A DNA stretch of 64,000 bases from Oculina patagonica (lineage: Eukaryota): NCBI RefSeq assembly GCF_052425735.1, contig NC_135762.1:33728001-33792000 (forward strand), read 5' to 3'. This document shows, one piece after another, positions 12,001 through 22,272 of the stretch. The stretch's first letter is position 1. Each line of letters starts with the position of its first letter. The notes under the pieces were generated by a model. It searched no databases. It saw nothing but the letters and a program-made list of their open reading frames with translations, and was not told the DNA's origin. The translations under genes and the position numbers were made by a program.

Positions 12001-15000
12001 TAATATTATTACTTTGGAATTGTTCTCTTTTTAGGTTTGACATTTTATCTCCTTGTGATTAAGATAAATTTAAAGGTCCTTGCTTCCATTAATACACTTT
12101 ACATCTACTAAACAGCACGAGTTTTGTTCTAAACCGTTCTATGTTCTTGAATTATGTATTGCCGGTACAAGTTTCAGAATTTTCATCGCCACTTTAAGAT
12201 TCAATGTTCTCTCGAGAATTTCAGTTGTACTTACACTCAATAGTATACCGATAAATCTAAAATATATATTTATAGTAATATAAGCGAAATGACCTTTTAA
12301 AGAAAACGAAAGATAAAACAAGTGCATTCCTCTAGCGCTGAAAAGGAATTCATTTAGTACCAGTATCTATACTACAAAAGAGGAAAAAAACACCTCTTTC
12401 TACGTCCATTGTGGAAACTCAAGCGTAACAAGTTTAAATTCGAAAGTTTTGTCAAAACGCCCTTAGAAGCCGCCCGCCCCACATCCCGATAACGAAATTG
12501 TTTAGAGCGTTGAGAGCGATCTTCAGCATTGCGCGGTGGATTTTCCAGCAAATAGATCAGGAGATAACATAAATGAAACAACATGTTGCGCTGATATAAA
12601 TTTTGCGAACAAATAAATTGTTGAGAGATGAATTCTGTGTTCCTATATTACTGCCTGCGTCAATGATTTCGTCAGACATCGAATTGAGCTCTAGCTAAAA
12701 AAAACTTCAGTGTTACAGTAACTCTAGCCTTGCAGACACCTCGCTATTACGGACACCCCGTTATTGCAGAACCTAAGACCCCGCGAATGAAAATTACTGA
12801 AAATAACTCTCGCCACTACGGACTTCCTGTATTACAGACACCAAATGGTGGTCCCGCCCGAAGGTGTCCGTTATAGTGAGAGTTGACTGTTTTTGTTTAC
12901 AGCTATTTCAATTAACGTTGTCGGGATCAAAGCTAAAGACAAGAGTGAAAGGCAGTATGGGTAGAAGAAGAGGGCAACTGCACGTGCGATACTAAAATAT
13001 ATAATGACATAACAAACGCGAATTTGCACGTTTTCTATTTCTCAGACATGTGAAACAAGGTGGTTTAGCCACACTGAATCTAAGGAGAATTTTCAAAACT
13101 CAGAACAAGCGACAGTGAAAGTAAAGCACAGAAAGGCCCCGAGAGGAAAAACAAACTGGTGCATTCTCCACGTGCGATGATGCTAATGAAGCATATGCAA
13201 ATTGTAGTGAATACCCAGAACGCCATACGGTCTTGCCTTAGTTTTAGCTTTGACCGACAACGTTTATTGAAATAGCTGTATATTCATAGCACCATACATA
13301 TAAATAATGTCAATCTCCTCTGGGCATCCAAGCTCCTACAGTATACGAAATTAAATCTAGAATAGGCTTGGACCGGAAAGAAGGAACGTGTAGACGTTTC
13401 AGCCTTTTATACCATGCCATAGAAAACAGCCAATCAGAATACAGGAAAGCCGTGATATTCGACGGATTCAACCCAACCTTCCCATCGTGCGCTGCGATTG
13501 TATTCTCGACGAATTAGAAGGCGTATCATGGATGGTAAAAATAGACACAACACTCTCGTGGAACTATGGAATATCCCACTGTCACTGTATTCTCGGTTAC
13601 ACACGAGCCTTTAGGCGAGTGTGAACCAAGAAAATACAAGTGAAGTGGGAATTCCATAGAACCACTCGAAAGCGTTGCATAACTAGTATGTATTAGGAAA
13701 TTTTTGACACGTCCATGATAAAACCGCTGTAAAACGTAGGCCAAAATATTCTCTGATAAAATTATAGCAAAAAGTGTTGGTAACTGGTTCCGGCCAATTT
13801 CTTTTTCTCCAAATAACATGCACCTCTCTGTTTTTACTTTCAGCCAAGAAAGTGGATATTTGCTCCAGAATTCAATGTGGAGATGGCTTTGTCTGCGATC
13901 CTAAGAGCCCAGGACGGCCTTGTCAAGGTAGGGTAACACAAACGATAATGATGTGAGTCATACTATTACCAACAATTCATTTGAGATTGGTGCTTTTTGC
14001 TGTATGCTGCACTTGCAATGCTGACTGCTGACGAGGTCGGGAAAAACGTATGAGCTGTTGACCAAAAGAACTGTTCGTAGTAATGAGATGCCTGTATTAA
14101 GCGGCTTTGCGTAGAGCTCGTTTGCAATATTAAACTTAAAAAGGTCTGCTGACAGAGTACTGAACAAAAGCCTCTTTCAGCCAATCGTCTTTAAATACTC
14201 ACCATCGAACACTTGAGAGTTTTCTTGCGAGCTTGTCACACTGTGACGGGCTCTGCAGATTCTGGCCGTCTTTGAATTACTTTTTTTCTTCTGGTGATTT
14301 ATGAATTCCAGAGCTTAACTATTGGTAGTGACGTGATTTTATAATCGAACAACCTGAATAAGGACTGGTATATGAAAGATACCCAAAGCCATACGAGATA
14401 ACGTTGATTCGTTAAACTTATTATGCCAAGTAACGTTAATTTATTGTTTTTCATTTCTTTAGATATTGATGAGTGTTCACTGTCGCCTCCCAAGTGCAAA
14501 GCAAACGAAGCTTGTTTTAACTATATCGGGACATTTGAATGTCGAGGTACAAATTTGTGATTATAAAAATTGAAATTCTCAGTGGTGGTGATGGTTTCAA
14601 AATCTCTCCCTCCCTTTTGCCCCGCCGTTTCGCCAATCTTTTGAGTACATCTGGATTCGTGTCTACTGTTTTGCCTTGAGTATCACAGCTAAACTATACG
14701 ATACTCCTAATTTCTCGAACCCTCAATTTTTCCTGATAACTCGAACCAAAAGTCGTATCCTTCCCTCAGTCAAACACTGTAGTCCCCTCCCCCCCCCTGA
14801 TTTCTTGAACTGCCCGATTTTTTTACCAACTTTGGAATTTCGAAAAGTCTGGATTCTACTGTATAAACTCCCCTCTTCACTAGCATACCTAACTGTCCTA
14901 ACTAAGTTTATTACTATTGTCATTAATTGACCATGCCACGCTCCCAGAATACAGGCTCCATAGCTCAGTTGGTAAAGCATGGCGCTGGTCACGCGCCGTC

Positions 15001-18000
15001 ACACAACGGTCACACGCCGGCCATGGGTTATGTTTTAAGGCTTCTTTACAAAATGCTGAATTACAATTTAGACCGTTTTACACTGGCGTCCAGTTCTCTC
15101 GCCGTTCTTTCCCTACGCTCATCGATCCAAAAAAAAATTCGAAAATATAGAGGGCTGTGAACAGTATAAGATGATCATTTCTTTACTTACAATTTTTTTG
15201 TTATATTTATATTTTAGATCCTTGTCAAGGTGTGGATTGTGGTTCCGGGCTGAAGTGTGAGCCCGCAGGAAGATCGTACAGTTGTATGGGTAAGGCAGAA
15301 TTTTCTGTCTTCTAAACAAAGGAAATTTAACTGATCTAGCACCATTTCAGTTTAAATTTCATGACTGGCAATCGAAACGATCTGGGCAAACATATGAGAA
15401 CCACCCTTAAGGCGAGACAGTACAACTCATGTCATGGGAGGCGCGGTGGCCTAATGGTTAGCGCGCTCGACTCCGAGTCGAACGGCCCGGGTTCGAGCCC
15501 TGACCGGGGCGCTGCGTTGTGTTCTTGGGCAAGACACTTTACTCTCACAGTGCCTCTCTCCACCCAGGTTATAAATGGGTACCGGCGATCTCACTGCTGG
15601 GGGGTAATCCCTGCAATGGACTGACATCCCATCCAGGGGGGAGGGGGGGCAGTAGCAATACTCTCAGTCGCTTAATGCTACGGAAACCGGGATAAGCTCC
15701 GGCTGTTTGGGGGCAAACCCGGCCACTTGGCTCGGACACAGACTTAACCTTTATCTTACAACTCATGTCATTGCTTCCGTGCTTTTAGATATAAACGAGT
15801 GTCGAATCACGCCAAGAAAGTGCACAGGAGAACAAGAGATCTGTGTAAACAGTTATGGAAGCTACAGCTGTCGGTGTCGTGATCAGTTCCAGAGAAACAG
15901 TCGGACAAGAAAATGCGAACGTAAGTTTGTGACAGAAAATTACCTAAAGGTTATGACGATTGTTTTTTTTTCGTGTTGGCTGTTGTCGATTACAAGTTAA
16001 ATATTTTTGGCATATAAGGATTGCCAATTAAGTTCTCTGTAAATTTTCAAAAAGTACAAGTAAAAAGATTTGGTTGGGATGCATGAATCTGGGATTTCTC
16101 GTTAAATTTCGTATTTCTATTTTGCGTGCTAATGTTATGTGTTTTTTCCTGTTGTAGGCGTTAACCCCTGCACCTATGAACCCTGCCCCCGTGGGTACAA
16201 ATGTGTCGTTGTTGATCAGACCAATTATAAGTGTAACGGTGAGTATTAGTTATTGTAGAACAAGGTATTTAGGCAGCAAGTCAGTTATTTAGGCAGACAG
16301 GCAGGCAGTCAGGCAAGCAGACACTGAGCGGGCCGGCAATCAGGCAGACAGGCGGGCAGGTAGGCAGGAAAACAGTCATGCAAAAAGGCAGGCCGGCAGT
16401 CCGACAAGCAAACAGGGAGGCAGGCATGCAAACAGATAGACTGACCGTACAGACAAGCAGGCAGGCAGGCAGGCATGCAAACGGGCAGTCAGGCAGGCAT
16501 GTAGTTATTCAGGCAGGCAGCCAGATACTCAGACAAGTAAACACGGAGGCACGCAATCGCGACAGACAGACAGATAGACAAGCAGGCAGTCAGGCAGACA
16601 TGCAAACGGGCAGTCAGGCAGGCATGTAGTTATTCAGGCATGCGCAGGCAGCCAGATACTCAGACAAGTAAACACGGAGGCAGGCAATCGCGACAGACAG
16701 ACAGACAAGCAGGCAGTCAGGCAGACACGCAAACGGGCAGTCAGGCAGGCATGTAGTTATTCAGGCAGGCAGCCAGATACTCAGACAAGTAAACACGGAG
16801 GCCGGCAATCGCGACAGACAGACAGACAGACAAGCAGGCAGTCAGGCAGACATGTAGGCAGTCGACTGGCAGGCAGTTTGTCAGACAAGCAGACAGACAG
16901 ACAGACAGACAGAAGACAGACAGACGGACAGACAGAAAGGAGGCAGGCAGGCAGGTAGGCAGTCAGTTATTCATTCAGGCGTCAGGCGGCAGGCAGGAAG
17001 GCAATCAGTCCGCCACTTTGCGACTTTTGTTACCTTTGACTTATTTGTCGTCTTTTTCCTAACGTTAACAGAGATCAATGAATGTCTGGAGTCGCCGCCC
17101 AAGTGTCGGTCAGATCAGAGGTGTGTTAATTACGCTGGTGGTCACTACTGCACATGCCCAGACGGATATCGACTGAATAGTGTCACCAACAAGTGTGAAG
17201 GTATGTACACTTATCTGTCTGTGTATTAGAGAGCTCCTTGTAGAATATCTTTGGCAATGTACATTTCTCTCACAGTACCTCCCTTTCTCGAGATTATTTA
17301 GTAAATAGACCCCTTTAGACGGCTGGTATATTGGAGGATAATGCCCGAGGCTGAAAGATTGTCGAAAACTGAACAGTTGGCCGAGAAGCGAAGTTTCGAG
17401 GGCAACTGTGAAATTTTGAGAACAATCTTTCAGCCAAGGGCATTATCCTCCAATATACCAACAAGCCAGAAAGGGGTTTATTTATTTTATAACCCTCCGA
17501 TTAATTTCTACAACGCGCTTTATCGCCGGTAAATAGTAAAAAACCTGCAACGATAATCACGGCCTAACTGCGATTGAAATAATCGGCAAGTTGTTTCGTT
17601 TACGAATTTTTTTAACACGGCGGATTCGGTTAAAAAGTTAGTCTTGAAAAAGTGACTCTGTTTATTCGTTTTACACTTGTCTATAAAATCAGGCGACGAA
17701 TATCAAATCGGACGGGGTATATTGTCTGATACCCGTCGTTCGATTTTGTACCACGTGATGCGTTCTGTTCAATGAGCGCGTACAAAAATTAATCGGTGGG
17801 TTATAAAAATGGATATCGATGACCTGACGTGATCTTGAAGGGTGTGCGCGTGTTTGGAGGAAAGGGCATCCAGTCAAAGGAACAATCTTATTTTAGTGCC
17901 ATGCAATGGGAAACAGCCCTACAAACAACAACAACCAATTTATTTTTGCCAAAAAAGATAGAATATTTTGGAGCATAAAAAGGCAAAAAAATTGCTTAGA

Positions 18001-18445
18001 ATAGTAATAAACTAAACAACGACAATTGAAAAAAGAAATCAAACGAATAGCAATAATTGGAGAGTGAGATACTGGAAAAGTTGCGGCAATACACAGAATC
18101 ATTTTAAATTCATTACGTTTCTCTTCTTTCCTCTAGATATCGATGAATGTAGCGAAAGGAGATCGGGCTGCAGCCAGATTTGCGAAAACACGCCTGGTTC
18201 ATTCGTCTGCCGTTGTAGGAAAGGTTACGAGATGACGCCCAATGGACGATTTTGTAAAGGTAAGAATGGACACAAAATCTAGTTAGAAATGATGATACAC
18301 GCGATTATTGGGAACAACGATTTTTTGCAAAAGTCAGAAAAATGTAGCAAATTTATAGTTGAAGAAACTTTGTGCTAGCAAGTCTATCTTTTTGAACTAC
18401 CTTTAAAATATTACAATATCTCGCCCTGTCTTGCCGTAGTTTGCA

Positions 18446-18513
<68 letters not shown>

Positions 18514-18629
18514 ATGAAAGTCATGAAAAACTATTAATTATAGTTTGGAATCGAGGGGGGGAGAGAAGGAAAAATTTGGGATAAAAAAGGGGTAACCCCA
18601 AAAAATGGTAAAAAAAATTATTAAAAAAA

Positions 18630-18724
<95 letters not shown>

Positions 18725-21700
18725 TTTATTATCGTGTCAAACTGTAGTAGCTGAGGGGAAAAGTCCCCTCTACTAATTGTGGACACCTAATATGCCTAAC
18801 TAAAAACATAATTAATATACCGTAGAATTCCGGTTATAAGCCCCCCCCCCCCCGCTTATAAGCCCCCCGGTTATAGGCCCATCATCCTGGAAACAAAAAA
18901 ATACATCCGATTATAAGCCCCCCCCGGATATAAGCCCCCCTCTAAATGTTGCTTTATTATGCGTTTTTAACTAAAAAACGTATTTCCATAACACTCCTGT
19001 GGCTCGTTTCGAAACGTTTTTTTCATTCCGCTTATAAGCCCTCCCGGATATAAGCCCCTTCGCTTATAAGCCCACCCAAAACGCCTTACGAAGTTGTATA
19101 AGCCCAGGGCTTATAACCGGAATTCTACGGTATATAAATTGCAAAATATTTATAGACATTTAAAAAAACCTAATTACAACTATTAACTAAGCTAAAAAAC
19201 TGTACAAATATATTACAATTCTGTTTCTTTAACTATATTAAAATATAAAAATAAAAATTATGTTAAAAATAAAAATTATGTAATGTAATGTTGGCGGCCA
19301 GTCATTCTTGGCATAGGTTGCAGCCTCGACAGTCACTGACATTTGCAGCTAGGGCAGCGAGGTCCTGATTACGTATAACGCTTTTAAATTGCTTCAAAGA
19401 GGGTAAATTTCTTAGTTTAGGAGTGAGATCATTCCACAGTTTGGGCCCTAGGTAACGGAGCGATTGTTTTCCATATGTTACCGAAGAGAATCGAGGTTGA
19501 ACAAATTTTTGCAAAAGGCTGTCTCAGACTCGTTTGCTACGTTAATAATAAAGGCCAACGAATCCACATCAACACTGAGCAGATGTGCTACAGCTGCAGA
19601 CTTGGCTGTTTAGTTTACAGATAACAATTATTGCAAAACTGTTCATCTCAGTGCGACTCGAAATAAAAATAGCTAACAGGAACTGTTTGTCAACCCTGCC
19701 GAGATTTATTAAATAAAAAAAAAATCCAGCATAAAAATCTCCTAACAATCAAAATACCGGTACACTGCAGAAAAGGAGGATGCCTGTTTATGTGATAATC
19801 TTCTTATTTAATGAACAGATATTGATGAGTGCAGTAAAGGTATTTCTGGATGTTCCCATGTCTGCGAGAATACCCTTGGGTCCTTTGTGTGTCGATGTAG
19901 ACGGGGATACGAACTAAATCCTGACGGACGAACTTGTAAAGGTATGTGTCTGCAAATGTTTATATCAAATGTTAAATGCGATGCTATGGTACGCCGTGAA
20001 ATATCTCGTTCGCGAGTGACTTGATGTAACAAAATATGCATACACTACTCAAGTAGTTTGACACAAAAAGGTATTGCATAAGCTTTTGGTTTTTTTCCTG
20101 TTTTTGTAATTTTTGAGTTTGTGAGTTTTTGGGCAAGAATCGACTAGAAATTGTGATGGACGCGGCAAATCGTGGCATGAAAACACAAACAAGAACATGA
20201 AACTAGTTTCAACATTTTTATTGGCTATTGGAAGAAAAGAAAATACGATTGTGCAAAAACAGTTGTTTAATTCACAACCTATATTATTATATCCCTTACT
20301 GACCCATTGTGTGTTGAACCCGGTGATATTTTTTCTATTGTCTCACTGTGTTGTCCTTGTAGATAGGAACGAATGCGAGTCAGTGAGATGTGCTTATCGA
20401 TGTGTTAACACTGGTGGAAGTTACCGATGCATTTGTCCGCGTGGTTATAACTCTTCCAACTACTACTGCTCAGGTGAGGGCCTGGTGTTGAAATATTGCA
20501 CTTCCGGTCTAGAATCGTCTTGGAGCAGGGATAGTCTAGTAGGTAGTACTGGGCACCAAATCACGGTTGTCAGGATACAAAAGTTTTAAAAGAACACTTC
20601 ATGTACAGGCCACCAAATGGTGTCAGCATACAAAAATTTAAAAGAATACTTCTGTACGGCCCCACTTTAAAAGAATACTTCATGTACAGGCCACCATATG
20701 GTGTCAGCATACATGTTGCTTAGTAACTCCTATACCGAAAACCGCGGGCTCAGTCATTTCTCAGAGTCAGAGTCGACAAACACAGAGTAACGCAATCGTT
20801 TTTTCCTGTCACGCTTCAGATTTTGATGAGTGCGCAGCAGGAGTTGCTCAATGCAAAAACAATGAATTCTGCTTCAACACTTACGGTCATTACAGATGCA
20901 TTAATAAAATGGAGTGCCCTGCAGACTACGTGCAAGTCTCTGATACGTAAGTATTCAAAAAAACGTCATTACCGTATCACGTTTTTCCCTATTTGTTCCT
21001 TGCGAGAGATTGCGTGACGATGCGTGTTTAATTTTTCATCATTTATCAGCAAGGAGGTCCAGGAAAGCTTTTTGTAAAATGTACCACCATTTGTAGATCA
21101 ACAGGATATGATCTCGCCCTCTTGTGTTAAACTCCTTGGGTGGGTGGTAGTCAGATTACTGATGGCACGAATGCAGCAATAATTGAATACCCAAAAGTAA
21201 ATCACTGTGACAAGATGGTTATTCCTTTTTGCAAACTCAATAACCAATAACCTGGCAGAATCTCGCAACCCGTAAAGTACTGAATTAGAGCAGACCTTAA
21301 CTTATCTTGTATTCTTTCTGATTCGTGTCCTATGTTAGGCGTTGTGACCGAAGCTGCAAAGATGGCGACTTGGCCTGCTTTAACAGGAAGGTTCAGAGGT
21401 ATAGTCAGTGGACTTTCAAGCTACGCAGCAACGATCCCCCCTCAAGAATCTTCAGTTACCGTATTGTGACTTATGGTAAGGACTCGTTGTAAGGGGCTTT
21501 GTGTATAATAAAACCACGACTTTTAACGAAGCAAGATCGCTTCTGAGTCATGCAGTGTATCAGATTGTTTTTTTACTCGATTTCGGACCTTTATGGCGCG
21601 CAGGTTACGCTCGATCAAAAACACTACAGAGATTTCTGTACAGCCTCTCATTAATATGGAATACAACGCACGAAGATAAAGGTCAGACTTAATTTGAGTA

Positions 21701-22272
21701 TTGTCAACTTGCGTTCAATAAAAAAATGAACAAAACGGGATTCTGTCAGCTGGATCGATAACAGGTAATGTTTTAAAATCCATTTTAATCTCATCCAGCT
21801 CGGGCCATATATAGTTCCCTCCAATTTTTTAAAACTTGTAGCCTTTTCAATGATGGGAAAACTTTTTTTGCGCACGGTGCAACATCTGTAGTGGAATTTA
21901 TATTTTGAATGTCAGGAAATGGCTGAATGCTAGATTTGTTTGTTTGTGTTATGTGCCATCAAGGGTATTTTTAAGTGTTATCAACTTGAGGCATAAAAAT
22001 TTCATTCTTGTTTTTTTTTTATTGCAGGCTACAGGACACGCCCAAATATCACATTTTACTTTCACCGTGGAAACGAAGAGGATAATTTCGAAATAACAAC
22101 AAATGATGAGGGTAATGGGGTAATTGCATACATTCGAAACAAGAAAAGAATCACAGGCCCCAAGATTTTCTTCCTGGAATTCCGCGGAGATGTCATTGAT
22201 TCCGAGACTAAAGATCTGGCGTCACGCTATGTGCATCGTATGTACGTCTTCGTATCGCGTTACAACTTTTAG
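1..22272 (+). CDS. FBLN1: Fibulin-1/2-like extracellular matrix protein, 5'-partial, 19 exons in window (~822 aa visible)
   Basis: Exons: <1-147, 650-843, 1860-2021, 3073-3210, 4734-4856, 5488-5610, 6471-6605, 13844-13927, 14463-14546, 15218-15289, 15789-15920, 16158-16238, 17072-17200, 18137-18259, 19819-19941, 20363-20473, 20820-20946, 21339-21475, 22028-22272 (TAG). All GT-AG and phase-compatible. Encodes anaphylatoxin-like modules (RICCVKE..C..G; [15 protein letters not shown]), tandem calcium-binding EGF exons (DIDEC/DINEC..C.NT.GS[YF].C) and a fibulin C-terminal domain ending [10 protein letters not shown]. Anaphylatoxin + cbEGF + C-terminal domain is the fibulin-1/2 architecture. The symbol is a family-level call (probably co-orthologous to FBLN1 and FBLN2). 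Confidence 0.92.
1275..1493. mobile_element. MITE with G-rich TIRs inserted at the tail of a SINE
   Basis: GGGGGACAGGGGGG ... CCCCCCTGTCCCCC ends, internal GGCGGGA repeats, TATAG on both flanks. Confidence 0.55.
1494..1735 (-). mobile_element. tRNA-derived SINE
   Basis: Minus strand begins GGAGCAGGGATGGCGCAGTGG (A box) ... GGTTCGATTCCC (B box). A fragment of the same tail (GAGGAAGCCACATCA.GCTCT.GCTGGTT) recurs at ~63014-63045. Confidence 0.8.
3226..3520 (+). mobile_element. tRNA-derived SINE immediately after a fibulin exon
   Basis: GTGGCCGAGAGG (A box) and GGTTCGAGGCC (B box); body TAGCCAACTGGTCTGCCTCC, of which a reverse fragment recurs at ~63698-63730. Confidence 0.8.
3961..4540 (+). mobile_element. 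Crypton-like non-autonomous element with a truncated tyrosine-recombinase N-terminus and long hairpins
   Basis: ORF 4150-4335 [43 protein letters not shown]...LANVLTKF* resembles the N-terminus of Crypton/DUF3504-type proteins (RF..SEE..L.....NTK..T....YL.EK...L..F). Palindrome at 4035-4091 and ~65-bp-arm hairpin at 4388-4532. Family assignment is from motif recall only. Confidence 0.6.
6001..6059. repeat. (ATG)n microsatellite
   Basis: About 19 ATG/ACG units. Confidence 0.95.
8102..10744 (-). CDS. LMO1: LIM-domain-only protein, LMO1/LMO3 (rhombotin) type, ~150 aa, nested antisense in fibulin intron 6606-13843
   Basis: Coding exons: 10741-10744 (ATGG|gtatgt, in-frame TGA just upstream), 10193-10409, 8102-8333 (TAG). 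Protein [136 protein letters not shown]... has two LIM domains and nothing else. GSTLY.KANLILC.RDYLRLFG matches LMO1/3. The 4-nt start exon is less certain than the other two. Confidence 0.92.
8517..9363. mobile_element. TIR element (MITE or fold-back) in LMO intron 2
   Basis: AGCAGGAGGGCATTTGCG (8525-8542) is the imperfect inverted repeat of CGCAAAATGCCCTCCTGCT (9339-9357). The interior is GC-rich relative to the flanks. Confidence 0.6.
12716..12889. mobile_element. Short CAGT...ACTG MITE
   Basis: ta|CAGTAACTCT ... AGAGTTGACTG ends with internal ACGGACACC repeats. Confidence 0.65.
13405..13690 (+). mobile_element. Hairpin-terminated non-autonomous element (same layout as 3961-4540)
   Basis: Short inverted repeat TTTTATACCATGCCAT / ATGGATGGTAAAAA (13405-13541), followed by a ~60-bp-arm imperfect hairpin (13549-13678) with tip GAGCCTTTAGGCGAG. 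Confidence 0.55.
15436..15756 (+). mobile_element. Full-length tRNA-derived SINE with a 15-bp target-site duplication
   Basis: A box GTGGCCTAATGG, B box GGTTCGAGCCC, CORE/MIR-like centre (TTCTTGGGCAAGACACTT...TAAATGGG). Perfect TSD TACAACTCATGTCAT at 15421-15435 and 15757-15771. Confidence 0.88.
16270..17010. repeat. Compound (CAGG/CAGA)n satellite with a ~120-bp higher-order unit
   Basis: Block GGCATGTAGTTATTCAGGCA...GCCAGATACTCAGACAAGTAAACACGGAGG recurs at ~16496, ~16621 and ~16748. Confidence 0.9.
17298..17808 (-). mobile_element. Hairpin-terminated non-autonomous element (same layout, opposite orientation)
   Basis: Long hairpin 17302-17482 (GGTATATTGGAGGATAATGCCC / GGGCATTATCCTCCAATATACC) with tip GCGAAGTTTCG, plus inverted repeat TTATAACCCTCCGATTAATTT (~17487) / AAATTAATCGGTGGGTTATAA (~17786-17806). 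Confidence 0.6.
18448..18722. repeat. (TAA)n arrays and poly-A run
   Basis: (TAA)n at 18448-18512 and ~18692-18723, separated by an A-rich stretch including a >50-nt A run. Confidence 0.9.
18692..19512 (-). mobile_element. 5'-truncated LINE (CR1/L2-group ORF2 C-terminus, 3' UTR and (TTA)n tail)
   Basis: ORF 19302-19514 [27 protein letters not shown]...SLKQFKS.IR is the typical ORF2 C-terminus of CR1/L2-group LINEs. AATAAA plus (TTA)n tail on the minus strand at ~18692-18731. Confidence 0.8.
18820..19130. mobile_element. MITE with perfect TIRs and TA TSD, nested in the LINE 3' UTR
   Basis: ta|CCGTAGAATTCCGGTTATAAGCCC ... GGGCTTATAACCGGAATTCTACGG|ta, with internal TATAAGCCC repeats. A TA target suggests the Tc1/mariner-pogo superfamily. 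Confidence 0.88.
20585..20713. repeat. Short local tandem duplication
   Basis: TTTAAAAGAA.ACTTCATGTACAGGCCACCA.ATGGTGTCAGCATACA occurs twice with a partial copy in between. Confidence 0.8.

Noticed and set aside
14952-14995. tRNA-like sequence TAGCTCAGTTGGTAAAGC
   Set aside because: Only a D-arm/A-box fragment with no T-arm or acceptor stem; a SINE remnant. The SINE heads at ~1670-1735, ~3230, ~15440, ~53460 and ~61570 are likewise not called tRNA genes.
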